Shown: positions 11,433-22,862 of the stretch, piece after piece | Position numbering within the stretch: the first letter of the stretch is position 1 | How the letters are laid out: every line of letters begins with the position of its first letter | Assembly: GCA_030390025.1 (NCBI GenBank) | Contig: CM059432.1 | Coordinates: forward strand, 20,586,001-20,650,000 | DNA: 64,000 nt | Source: Squalus acanthias | Lineage: Eukaryota | Direction: 5' to 3' | Position numbers and translations under genes: made by a program | Notes under the pieces: model-generated | Databases searched by the model: none | What the model was told of the DNA's origin: nothing | What the model saw: only the letters and a program-made list of their open reading frames with translations

Positions 11433-11967
11433 TGTAGGAGTAAATTTATTATAGGGTTTTAATAAGAAATGTAAAATTAAAGAATGTGCCGTAAGAAGTA
11501 AATTAGTAAATAGAAAATGGTTTCTTAAAGAATGTGCCGTAAGAAGTAAATTCGTAAATAGAAAATGGTTTCGCTGACAGTGCGATGAGTAATGTCTGTG
11601 GTCAACATTGAGGCCCACCAAGGAGGCCACCAAGGCAATAATAGTACAACGATTACACAATCACCGCATGACTGGCTAGACTGGCTAGTCCGAATGGACA
11701 AATGTGAGGCAAACCGCTATGCTTGTAGTTTCGGTAGGGAAGTAACATTTGAACCTAACGTACATATTATAATTAGAAATCTGTTGCTAAGGCTATGTGA
11801 TTGGATGAATAATGTATAAAAGGAATCTCATACCGCTGTAATTTCGAGAAGAAGTAGTCACTAAGCTGAGGGGTTTATTACATCTTCTCCCAAAGATCTT
11901 TGAACATTAATAAACTGTTTGATTGTACCTATGACACAGAATGGAGTGAAATAATTTCTCCACAACA
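11433..11967 (+). repeat. ERV 3' LTR (535 bp)
   Basis: TGTAGG...CCACAACA, with AATAAA at 11909-11914, followed by TSD CAGAG. Confidence 0.97.
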
Positions 11968-12734
11968 CAGAGTATTTCCTAAATGGTGAAAGATTGGGGA
12001 ATGCAGATGCTCAAAGGGACCTGGGTGTCCTTGTACATGAGTCACTGAAAGTGAATGTGCAGGTGCAGCAAGCCATTAGGAAGGCAAATGGCATGCTGGC
12101 CTTCATTATAAGAGGATTTGAGTACAGGAGTAAAGAAGTCTTACTCCAATTATATAGGGCCTTGGTGAGACCACACCTGGAGTATTGTGTACAATTTTGG
12201 TCGCCTTACCTAAGGAAGGATATACTTCCCATAGAGGGAGTACAACGAAGGTTCACGAGATTGATTCCTGGGATGGTGGGACTGTCGTATGAGAAGAGAT
12301 TGAGTAAACTAGGCCTGTATTCTCTTGAATTCAGAAGAATGAGAGGAGATCTCATTGAAGCATACAAAATTATTACAGGGCTTGATAGGATGGATGCTGG
12401 GAGAATGTTTCCCTTGGCTGGGGAGTCTAGAACCAGGGGCAACTGCCTCAAGATAAAGGGTAGGCCATTCAGTACTGAGATGAGAAGAAATTTCTTCACA
12501 CAGAGGGTGGTGAATCTTTGAAATTCTCTACCCCAGATGGCTGTGGAAGCTCAGTCATTGGGTATATTCAAAACAGAAGTCGATAGATTTCTGACTAGTA
12601 AGGGCATCAAGGGATATGGCGATAAGGCCGGTGAATGGAGTTGAGGCAGAAGATCAGCCATGATCTCATTGAATGGCGAAGCAGGCTCGAAGGGCCAAAT
12701 GGCCTACTCCTGCTCCTATTTCTTATGTTCTTAT
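11968..12734 (+). mobile_element. CR1 LINE 3' end (inner copy)
   Basis: RDLGV...LVRPHLEYCVQFWSP...RRMRGDLIE, a CR1 3' UTR and a (ttcttatg)n tail. Confidence 0.95.
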
Positions 12735-13302
12735 GTCCCGCAAAATTAAAGCACATGGGATTGGGGGTAATATACTGGCATGGATTGAAAATTGGTTAAC
12801 AGACAGGAAACAGAGAGTAGGAATAAATGGGTCTTTTTCGGGGTGGCAGGTGGTGACTAATGGGGTACCGCAGGGATCAGTGCTTGGGCCCTAGCTATTC
12901 ACAATATATATCAATGATTTGGATGAGGGATCCAAATGTAATATTTCCAAGTTTGCTGATGACACGAAACTAGGTGGGATTGTGAGTTGTGAGGAGGATG
13001 CAAAGAGGCTTCAAGGTGATTTAGACAAGTTGAGTGGGTGGGCAAATACATGGCAGATACAGTATAACGTGGATAAATGTGAAGTTATCCACTTCAGTAG
13101 GAAAAACAGAAAGGTAGAGTATTATTTAAATGGTGGTAGATTGGGAAATGTTGATGTACAGAGTGACCTGGGTGTACTTGTACACCAGTCACTGAAGGCA
13201 AACATGCAGGTGCAGCAAGCAGTTAGGAAGGCAAATGGTATGTTGGCCTTCATTGCAAGAGGATTTGAGTGCAGGAGCAAGGATGTCTTACTACAGTTAT
13301 AT

Positions 13303-13839
13303 ACACTGTTCCACGGAAGTACACTGTTCCACGGAAGCTCAGCGTAAGCTCGAGGAACAGCACCTCATCTTTCGTTTAGGCACGCTACAGCCCTCTGGAC
13401 TCAATATCGAGATCAACAATTTTAGATCATAACCTCAGCTCCAATCACATTTATATTTTATTTTATCCACCCTTTTATTTGTCCCCCCCACCTTTTTTTT
13501 CCTCCTAGAAGCTGGCAGCTGTCCTTCATTCTGCCAGTAGATTTCACACTTCATTCAGCCTTAATCTGTCACATTAACACCACCTCTAGCCTTGCATATC
13601 TCTTAATGTCTCTTAATGTCTCTTCATCTCCTCCTTTGTTCCTTTATCCCCTCCCCCTTTTCCCAGCTTTACCCTGGCCTTAAATCTATTTGATTTCCAG
13701 CTCTTCCCAGTTCTGATGAAAGGTCATCGACCTGAAACGTCAACTCTCTCTCTCCACGGATGCTGCCTGGCCTGCTGAGTTTTTCCAGCGTTTTCTGTTG
13801 TTATTTCGGATTTCCAGCATCTGCAGTATTTTGCTATCG
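13303..13839 (+). mobile_element. Penelope-like element 3' fragment
   Basis: GIY-YIG C-terminus HCSTEAQRKLEEQHLIFRLGTLQPSGLN and a pLTR-like tail. Flanking duplication tacagttata. Confidence 0.85.
13708..13746 (+). ncRNA. Minimal type I hammerhead ribozyme (Penelope pLTR)
   Basis: agtt-CUGAUGA-a-aggtc-atc-gacct-GAAA-cGUC-aact: intact core, stem II AGGUC/GACCU, palindromic stem III ACGU, GUC site, stem I AGUU/AACU. Confidence 0.75.
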
Positions 13840-14896
13840 TACAGTTATACAGATACAGAGCCTTGGTGAGACCACACCTGGAGTAGTGTGTGCAGTTTTG
13901 GTCTCCTTACCTAAGAAAGGATATCCTTGCCATAGAGGGAATGCAGCCAAGGTTCACCAGACTGATTCCTGGGATGGCAGGACTGTCGTATGAGGAGAGA
14001 TTGGATTGACTAGGCCTGTATTCACTAGAGTTTAGAAGAATGAGAGGGGATTTCATTGAAACGTATAAAATTCTGACAGGGCTAGACAGACTGGATGCAG
14101 GGAGGATGTTTCCCCTGGCTGGGGGATCTAGAACGAGGGGTCACAGTTTCAGGATATGGGGCAGGACATTTAGGACTGAGATGAGGAGAAATATCTTCAC
14201 TCAGAGGGTGGTGAACCTGTGGAATTCTCTACCACAGAAGGCTGTGGAGGCCAAGTCACTGAATATATTTAAGAAGGAGATAGATAGATTTCTAGACACA
14301 AAAGGCATCAAGGGGTATGGGGAGAGAGCGGGAATATGGTATTGAGATAGAGGATCAGCCATGATCATATTGAATGGCAGTGCAGGCTCGAAGGGCCGAA
14401 TGGCCTACTCCTGCTCCTATTTTTCTATGTTTCTATGTTTCTATCTGATGGCTAAAGGTTTAGTCGGAGTACCTGATACCCTATACTTATTGATCTAAGT
14501 TACTGCAAAAGATTAAAGATACTGGGTTTTTTTCCTTGGAAAAGAGGAAGCTACAAGGTAACCTAGAATTTTTTCAAGATTATGAAGGGAATTGACAAAG
14601 GTGGTTCAAGCAAATTGTCCACTATGGGAAAGAGTTCAATAACTAAGAGGCGCAAGATAAAAACGAGGAAGGAGTAAAGAAAGCATTTATATTGCATTCT
14701 CAGGTTGTCCCAAAGTATTTTTTAGCCCATTAATAAAAAAGTAAATCAGTTGGAAATTTTTACACAAAGGTCACAGATTTGTGGAATAAGGCACTAAATG
14801 AAGGTCAATGAAGCAAACAATATAAATGTGTTCAAGAAACAATTAGGTGCATCTCAAGAGAAGGGGGATTGAGGATGAAGAAAAAAAAGACAGACG

Positions 14897-15320
14897 ACAG
14901 ACTTGGATTTATACAGCGCCTTTCATGACCTCAGGATGCCCAAAAGCACTTTACAGCCAATGAAGTCATTTTGAATTGTAGTGTAGGAAACGCAGCAGCC
15001 AATTTGTGCACAGCAAGGTCCCACAAACAGCCATGTGATAATGACCAGATGATCTCTTTTAGTGATGTTGGTTGAGGGATAAATATTATGCAGGAGACCA
15101 GGAAGAATTCCCCTGCTCTGCTTCGACTAGTGCCATGGGATCTTTCATGTCCAAAATGAGAGGGCAGACGGGGCCTCGGTTTAACTTCTCATCCGAAAGA
15201 CAGCACCTCCGACAGTGCAGCGCTCCCTCACTACTGTACTGAAGTTTCCGCTTAGATTACGTGTTCAAGTCTCTGGAGTGGGGCTTGAACTGACAACCTT
15301 CTGACTCTAAGGCGAGAAAG
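14897..15320 (-). mobile_element. DeuSINE (SacSINE1-like)
   Basis: Reverse complement matches the + strand copies at 25822 and 43656. Confidence 0.8.
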
Positions 15321-16689
15321 TGAGTATGTAGGGTTAAGATCAACCAAGAAAGCACGACTTTGTTGGACCAAATGGCTTCTCAGTGTTCATAAATATTCTT
15401 ATGTTCTTGTGAGCTAGTGACATCACGAGCTGAAATTTCAGTCCGGAGCTTCTATCACCATTCATGACACTGGAAAAGGGATTCTGCACAAACTGTCCAC
15501 TCCCACGATTGTGTCTGACCAGTAGGTTAAAATCATTAAACACAGGGATAAAGCAAGGCTGAGTGTGAGTGACTCCAGCAAGTGTACCGCTTTCTCTCCC
15601 TTTGTAACAGTTAGGATTACTGTATATATTTATTCATATGAATATAATCCTTTTTGAGTCAAAGCTGTATAATCAAAATGAAACAATATCCATTTTAATC
15701 CAAATGCTCTGTCTGGTGATTTTAATGCCACATTGCCCCGGATTTTGTGGTGGAAATAACAGTGAGGCTATTGGCAACTTCTGGCGTCCGCTAATGCGCA
15801 GTTAAGCGTGGAAATCAGGAGGTTGCTGCACAAGTTCCCCCAGCTCTTCCAGAAGCTTTGCTGCACCGGTACCTCGCCGAGAGACTCGGCATTCAAATAC
15901 ATGCAACGGCGTGAAGTTGGGGTACTTATGTGATGGATACCCACTTAACACGCCAGAAAAAGATTAGGGTCGAGAATTCCAGAGATTCACAACCCTCTGA
16001 GTGAAAAGATTTCTCCTCATCTCAGTCATAAATAGCCGACCCCTTATCCTGAAACTATGACCCCCCTAGTTCTAAACTCTCCAGCCAGAGGATACAGGCT
16101 CTCAGCATCTACCCTGTCAAGCCCTCTAAGAATTGTATACATTTTAATGAGATCACCTCTCGTTATTCTAAACTCCAGAGAATATAAGCCCATTCTACTC
16201 AATCTCTCCTCAGAGAGATTGGCCTAGAAATTTGTGGCCACCACGAAAGTTGCCAGTGTCACCGGGGCCTCAGGTTAACGGCCGCTAAAAATGGTTGCGT
16301 CAGCAGGAGAGAAAAATTCTCGCTGGGGACTAAAGATTTTTAGCCCAGCGCTAAACTCACTGTGTAACGCCCTCCAGGTGGCGTAACTGCAGGCATCGGT
16401 AACGAAGTTGCCGTCCAGAAGCGGCATTTCATCTTCCAACAGCCTCTCGAAGTGAGGCAATGAGTTCGCTAGGCATTGTGGGACATTAAAAGGGCAATGC
16501 CTTATGAACTGATAAATATAAAAATGAAGTAAAAAAATGCAGTTTTTGGCCCTTACTGCCTTTAAAAAAAAAAATTAACATTCAAAATAAATTCCCAAAT
16601 GGGAATCTTCAGCTCTTAAAGCTAAATTCCCTTCCGCACCTCAAAAAATGGGAAAAGTGAGTTACAGTAGCGGAAGAGGAGCATGCTAG

Positions 16690-18368
16690 TTACTGTAGAG
16701 GAAGAGGATTGCATGCCAGAAATCCCAAGGAAACTAATACAGAATCAGGGACAGGGACTCAATAACATTAATGTCAGTAAAATAACAGTATTGAAGAAAA
16801 TAATGGCACTAAGAGTGACAAATCCCCAGGGTCAGATGGTTTCCATCTCAGGGTTTTGAAGGAAGTAGGTGAGCACATTGCCCTAACTATATTCTTCCAA
16901 AGTTCTCTCAATTCAGGAACCGTTCCTTTAGATTGGAAAATTGCGCATGTCACTCCGATATTTAAAAATGGCGAGAGAGGGAAACCAGGAATTATAGACC
17001 AGTTAGCCTAAAATCTGTTGTCAGGAAATTGCTAGAGTCTATAATTAAGGATAGGGTGACTGAACACCTCGAAAATTTTCAGTTGATCAGAGAGAGCCAG
17101 CATGGATTTGTGAAAAGGCAGGCCATGCCTGACAAACCTGATTGAATTTTTTGAGGAGGTGACTAAAGTAGTGACAGGGGAATGTCTTTGGATGTTATTT
17201 ATATGGACTTCCAGAAGTAATCTGATAAAGTCCCACAAAAGAAACTGTAACTACAGTAGAAGCCCACGGAATTGAGGGCAAATTATTGAGCTGGTTAGGA
17301 AATTGGCTGAGCGGCAGGAGACAGGCAGTAGGGATAATGGGTAGGTACTCAAATTGGCAGGAGGTGACTAGTGGTGTCCCGTAGGGATCTATGTTGGAGC
17401 TTCAACTATTCACAGTATTTATTAATGACTTAGATGATGGCATAGAAAGTCATATATCCAAATTTGCCAATGACACAAAGATAGGTGGCATTGTAGGCAG
17501 TGTAAATGGAAGCATAAAATTACAAAGTGCTATCAACAGATTAAGTGAATGGGCAAAACTGTGGCAAATTGATTTCCATGTAGGCAAATGTGAGGTCATC
17601 CACTTTGGACCTAAAAAGGATACAACAGGCTACTTTCTAAATGGTGAAATGCTAAAAACAGTGGATGTCCAAAGAGACTTGGGGGTCCAGGTACCTAGAT
17701 CATTAAAATGTCCTGAACAGGTGCAGAAAATAGTCAAAAAGGCTAATGGAATACTGGTCTTTATATCTAGAGGACGAGAATACAAGGGGGTAGAAGTTAT
17801 GCTGCAGCTATACAAAACCCTGGTTAGACCACACCTGGAGTACTGGGAGCAGTTCTGGGCACCACACCTTAGGAAGGATATATTGGCCTTGGAGGGAGTG
17901 CAGAGTAGATTTACCAGAATGATACCCGGACTTCAAGGGTTAAGTTACGAGGAGAGATTACACAAATTTGGGTTGTATTCCCTAGAATTTAGGAGGTTAA
18001 GGGGTGATCTGATCGAAGTTTTCAAGATATTAAAGGGAACAGATAGGGTAGATATTTCCACTGGTTGGGGATTCTAGGACTAGGGGCCATAGTCCAAAAA
18101 TTAGAGCCAGACCTTTTCAGGAGTGAAATTAGGAAACACTTCTACACACAAAGGGTGAGAGAAGTTTGGAACTCTCTTCCGCAAACGGCAACTGATGCTA
18201 GATAAATTGTTAATTTTAAATCGCAGATTGATAGCTTTCTGTTAACCAAAGGTATTAAGGGATATGGGCCAAAGGGATATGGAGTTAGGTCGCAGATCAG
18301 CCACGATCCCATTGAATGGTGGAACAGGCTCGAGGGGCTGAATAGCCTACTCCTGTTCCTATGTTCCT
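16690..18368 (+). mobile_element. CR1 LINE 3' half
   Basis: ORF 17391..18077 with the RT C-terminus (LVRPHLEY) and a CR1 tail. Confidence 0.9.
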
Positions 18369-18379
18369 AAGTGCTTCAG

Positions 18380-19060
18380 CACTAACACAATTGGCTCAGC
18401 AAGCCAGGGAAAGGGCACCCAGGATCTCGCATGCAGCACTCCAACTTTGTGCAGAGAGTCAACACTGCAAGAGAGGTCCTCTACCCACAGGGACCAGGAG
18501 GCCCTCCAGAAAGAACGATGTGGGACCACATCACGGAGACTGTCACTGCCAGCAGTGTGGCCCCCACCCACTGGCTCCAGTGCCCAAATAAGCTTCATGA
18601 CCTCAGACCACTGGTTAAGGTCAGTGAATGCATCTTCAAAAGCCATCTCCTACCAACTGAATCACTAGCCTCACACACTTCTCAGTGCACGACTCCCCCC
18701 ACCCCACCCCACCAAATCACTCACCTACCAACAATCTGCACTAATCACGAGGTACACCTCCCATTCCTAGCTTCCCCTCACCCCCTTGGAGGAGACAGTG
18801 CAGGCCATTCTTGGCAGGGGAATGGCTGAACCCTTGGCCAGCGGCAGGGCTGAAAGGATATAAGATGCTGGTATCCACATACATTATCCTCCTTCTGGCA
18901 TGCACCTCTTGCTTTTCCACCCTCCCCTCACCACAACTCCACCCTTGTGCTGTCCTCATTTCACACACCCAAGAAATGCAGCCTGCCCGGCCAGTGGTTG
19001 GCCAAAAACGGGGAGAGGAAAGTAAAGAAACAGAAGAAGAAGAAACACCATCACTCGACC
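18380..19060 (+). pseudogene. Harbinger Myb/SANT-like DNA-binding gene remnant
   Basis: RERAPR...REVLYPQ...WDHITETVTASSVAPTHWLQCPNKLHDL followed by a GT donor (aag|gtcagt). Homologous to 24983-25135. Confidence 0.65.
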
Positions 19061-20747
19061 AGCAAGGCCATTTGCAGTGTCCCCTACTGAAAGTCAGCAG
19101 CCTTCCACCAGCCATGCTGCAGCCACTGGGGTAGCACTGCGTGACATCAGTAGGATAGGCAAAGGCACACAAAAGACAATCACTTAGAGAATGCATAAGG
19201 GTGATGAGTTAATTTCTTGATGTCATATTGGATGGATATATGTATAAAGTTGGATTGGAAAGTTTGCTTTATGGTGGCTTTTATTTCAGCATTGTGGCCA
19301 AGAGGACGCTGTGATGGTCGGTAACAGAGGGAAGGAAAGGTGTGGGACAAATGTTGAAAGGGGTATTGTGGTTATGGTCACTGGTACCACAGGCGGGTGA
19401 TTGCATCCCGGATATCCTTCCTTTCTTCTTCCCCTTCTGCTTCCTCCTCTTCTGCTTCCTCTTCTTCTGTGTCTTCCTCTTCTGCACCTTCCTCTTTCCT
19501 CTGCGAGCAGATGCTGTAAATCTGAAATAAAAGCATAAAATTCTGGAAATACTCAGCAGGTCAGGCAGCATTATGCCTGAGACTTGAACTTTGTTTCTCT
19601 CTCCACGAATGTTGGTTGACCTGCTAAGTATTTGCATCATTTTCTGTCTTCTCAGAAGCCTTCCTTTACCATCTGAGGCCTTGCAAGTGTCCAGCAGCAC
19701 TCCCTGCACAATTAAAAAACTTTTATCATGTATTGCAGCAAGCCACTACTTCAATAAAATCAAAAAAATCCAGTCCAAAATCTTAAATGCAAACTTACCT
19801 GAAAGATGTGTGTCCCTTTAAGAGGTGCTGACAGCGCCTCTGTGAGTCTGCTGAATGTTGGGTATCCATGGCGAGCTTAGGACCCAGCGCTGAACTCAGC
19901 TTTAAGGTCCAAGTTTGCGAGGTGACATTAAGTCAGCGTTGCACGGTGACTGACGTCACCTCTCCTTAATTATTTGCAAGGCCATCGCTTTTACCGGCAG
20001 CGCTGCTGGACCTCTGAAAATGGCGGACAGCGCAGGACCCGCTACTAGCTGGTAAAAGAGCACCGGTCGCCGTCTATTTGCTACATTTCGCCGTAATGGG
20101 TGGCGTAAGCCTCCTGAACTTTTAGCCCATTGAGTATAATGGGCCGATATTCTCTGGAGTTTAGAAGAATGAGAGGTGACCTCATTGAAATGTATAAAAT
20201 TCTTAGAAGGTCTCATTCCTTCATATTTTAATTATTATTGGAGATATGAAAAAAATTAAAAAATTAGATTTTTTTACTTTTCTTTCTGTCTCTTTTATCT
20301 CTCTCTCTTAATCCCATCTTCCTTTCTCTTTCTTTACTTTGCTTTCTGTACATAATTTGGCATTGACTTAACCATTCTAATTTACACTCCCTGGTTTAGA
20401 CAGCTTGTCTCAGTAACAATTCTTCAATCTGATCGGGTAAGGAGATAGGCAGTTGCTTGTCCTGTTCACACAGGTCCCAGATGCCCTGAAGAGGGTGTTG
20501 TGCTGTTCTTGACTTCAAGTAACGACAATGTCCAGTGCAATAGCACAGAGAAAGTCTGGGCAAGTGTAAGTGTAATGAATGGCTGGTGCCGTTCGTTCAC
20601 CGCTGACCGCAAAATCCAGGCCATTATATTCTGATTATTGCACAATCAATGTTCAAGATGGCACTTTCCAAATGGAAAACAAAAAATTCTGAGGATTTAA
20701 TTTCCTCTCTGCCCTATTTTTAGGGCAATTTTTTTTACATAAATTCT

Positions 20748-21085
20748 TGTAGAATCATTCAGCACAGAAGGAGGCCATTTGACCCCTTGTGCATGTGCCG
20801 GATCTCTGAAAGAGCTACCAATTAGTCCTACTTCTCTGCTGGTTCCCCATAACCCTGCAAATGCTTCCTTTTTAAGTCGAGATCCAATTCCCTTTTGAAA
20901 GTTACTACTGAATCTGCTTCTACCACCTTTTCAGGCAGTTCATTCCAGATCATAACTCGCTGAGTAAAAAAACTTCTCATCTACCCAAGGCTTTTTTGCC
21001 AATTATTTTAAATCTGTGGTCTTCTGGTTATTGACCCTCCTACCAGTGGAAACAGCTTTTCCCTAACTACTCTATCAAAATCCCT
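20748..21085 (-). mobile_element. CR1 3' tail fragment
   Basis: tagaatcat...cacagaaggaggccatt. Same family as 61535-61750. Confidence 0.7.
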
Positions 21086-21308
21086 ACTCTATCATTTGGT
21101 AATTGTCTCTGCTATTTGAACAAAGTCGTTAACCCGTTTAAAATATGTGAGTCTCGCGAGCTGATTTCTCCCGTCATTTGTCCCTAGACAGTTATTTTAT
21201 TTATAACAGCCATTTCCAGAAATAAAAATACTGCCGATGGTCATGACTCCTGATAACCCAAGGTCATGCAGTCACCATTATTTCTGGATCATGAAATAAC
21301 TTGCTAGG

Positions 21309-21537
21309 TGACGTAAGAAAACTACTAGGCACTTGGTCTAAGCGTTAAACAAGGCTTTAATCAACTGTTTTTCAACATGGAGATCTAGTTGTGTCCTTCA
21401 CTCGTTCCTGTTAACGAATGTCCTGAGCAAGCTGGGCCCATGCCCGAGTATTTATACTCTCCCTGTACAGTGCCACCAGCAGGCCACCCAGTATTATTTC
21501 ATAAGTCATTTCCACATGAATGACAAGATTCATGTCA
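21309..21537 (-). mobile_element. Candidate small solo LTR (~229 bp)
   Basis: TGAC...GTCA termini, flanks ctagg/ctaag (4/5 TSD). On the minus strand TATAAA precedes ATTAAA. Confidence 0.45.
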
Positions 21538-22217
21538 CTAAGCACAACTTATCACTGCAGAAGTTATACCTGTGATATGATATAAAAAAAAAATCTCATC
21601 ATGGGCTGGCACTGAGCAGCTGTTTCACTTGTCTGAACGAACTTAATAACAGGAGATGAAAAATGATGAGTCTTTGTCAAAGTTGTAATTGAGTCTCTCA
21701 GTCTCATGAGATACCTGTTACTTTTCCCGCCCGTGTGGCCGCGAAATTGGAACCTTTAGCGCAGGCCGTTAAGGCCGGTTTGGAAGAAAAAATGGCGGCT
21801 GCCCACTTCCGGTGGATCCCGCGGCAGCCGCTATTTTGGGCAAGTTGGCAGCGCTGCCCTTGCCTGCGCTCGCTGCAGACATTTAAATGAGGCAGATGGT
21901 GATGCCAATGAGTGTGCAACGCTGATTTGACGCATAATCTGCCATTTTCAACGCCGCCGCTCCATTTAATGCCCTCTCCTAATCACGACCAGCTGACCAT
22001 GCATTCAGCAGCAGGAAGGACCCCCCAGCAGCGCTATTTAAAGGGATCATCAACAACTTGCAGCTGACTTGCTTTTTCAGATCAACTGGCACTGTGCAAC
22101 TGTTTGGAGCTTTCGAGAGTTGTTTGGAGTTACTGAGGTGACAGGGAGTGTTGCTGCAAGTGGAGAACGCCTTGCTTCTCATTTAAAGGGGTCTGCTCAC
22201 ACAACTTTCTCACAGTC

Positions 22218-22610
22218 ATGGGGGATCAACTTGCAGTCCCCTTTGCGCTTGAGTATGACAGGGAGCTGAAGCGGAGGCAGCGAAGAAGAGGACAAGATGC
22301 TCGCAGAGGGAGAAGGAGGAGTAGCACAAGGGCTCTCAGCAGGTGGCCTTACCCACCTAAGTTCTCAAGGGAGCACTTCTCCTACCTGCACCTAAGCCAG
22401 GAGCAGTGTATTAGGAGCCTCTGCTTCACCAAGGAGGTGATCATAGAACTCTGCTACCTCCTGCAACTAGACCTGCAACCTCAGAGCAGGGTGATGATGG
22501 CTCTCCCAGTGGCCCTCAAGGTCACCGTGGCCCTCCATTTTTTTCTCCACCGCATCTTTCCAGTCTGGGACAGGTGACAGAGCTAACATCTCCCAGTTCG
22601 TCGTCCATCG
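22218..22610 (+). pseudogene. Harbinger (HARBI1-like) transposase N-terminal remnant
   Basis: REHFSYLHLSQEQCIRSLCFTKEVIIELCYLL...ALPVALKVTVALHFF. Confidence 0.85.
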
Positions 22611-22619
22611 TCACACGGG

Positions 22620-22862
22620 GATCTGCTGCCTGCCTCCTCCCTTCCTTCCCATCCTCCTCGTCTTCATCCTCCTCCTCCTCCTCCTGAGGTGGTCCCAGAA
22701 CCCGTGGTGGCAAGGGCTGCACCCTCATGATGGCCACGTTGTGGAGGATGCAGCAGACCACCACGGAATGGGACACCCGCTCCGGTGTGTACTGGAGGGC
22801 TCCTCCAGAGCGGTCAAGGCAGCGGAACTGTTGCTTGAGCACCCCGATGGTCTGCTCAACAG
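22620..22862 (-). pseudogene. Harbinger transposase C-terminal remnant (inverted)
   Basis: EQTIGVLKQQFRCLDRSGGALQYTPERVSHSVVVCCILHNVA followed by an acidic tail. Confidence 0.85.

Larger units (their letters stand above)
5515..11967 (+). mobile_element. Full-length endogenous retrovirus (LTR-gag-pro-degenerate pol-ORF-env-LTR)
   Basis: TG...CA LTRs, 5-bp TSD CAGAG (5510-5514 and 11968-11972), PBS, PPT, and gag/pro/RT/env motifs in the correct order. Confidence 0.97.
12735..14443 (+). mobile_element. CR1 LINE 3' part (outer copy), interrupted by Penelope
   Basis: Resumes VP..KIKAHGIGG, then FADD, and ends in (tttctatg)n. Confidence 0.9.
16221..20128. mobile_element. Degenerate Harbinger transposon (inner)
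   Basis: TIRs ggcctagaaattt / aacttttagccc with TSD ATT. Splits the CR1 piece gagagatt|gagtataatggg. Contains a Myb/SANT remnant (+) and the transposase acidic C-terminus EEEDTEEEE...IRDAITRLWYQ* (-, ~19380-19500). Confidence 0.7.
15735..20622. mobile_element. Harbinger-type non-autonomous element (outer), carrying nested insertions
   Basis: TIRs gccccggattttgtggt / accgcaaaatccaggcc, with 3-bp TSD ATT on both sides. Confidence 0.65.

Noticed and set aside
19281..19709. 142-aa Lys/Arg-rich ORF
   Set aside because: It is an off-frame reading of the Harbinger acidic tail fused to a Penelope-derived hairpin.
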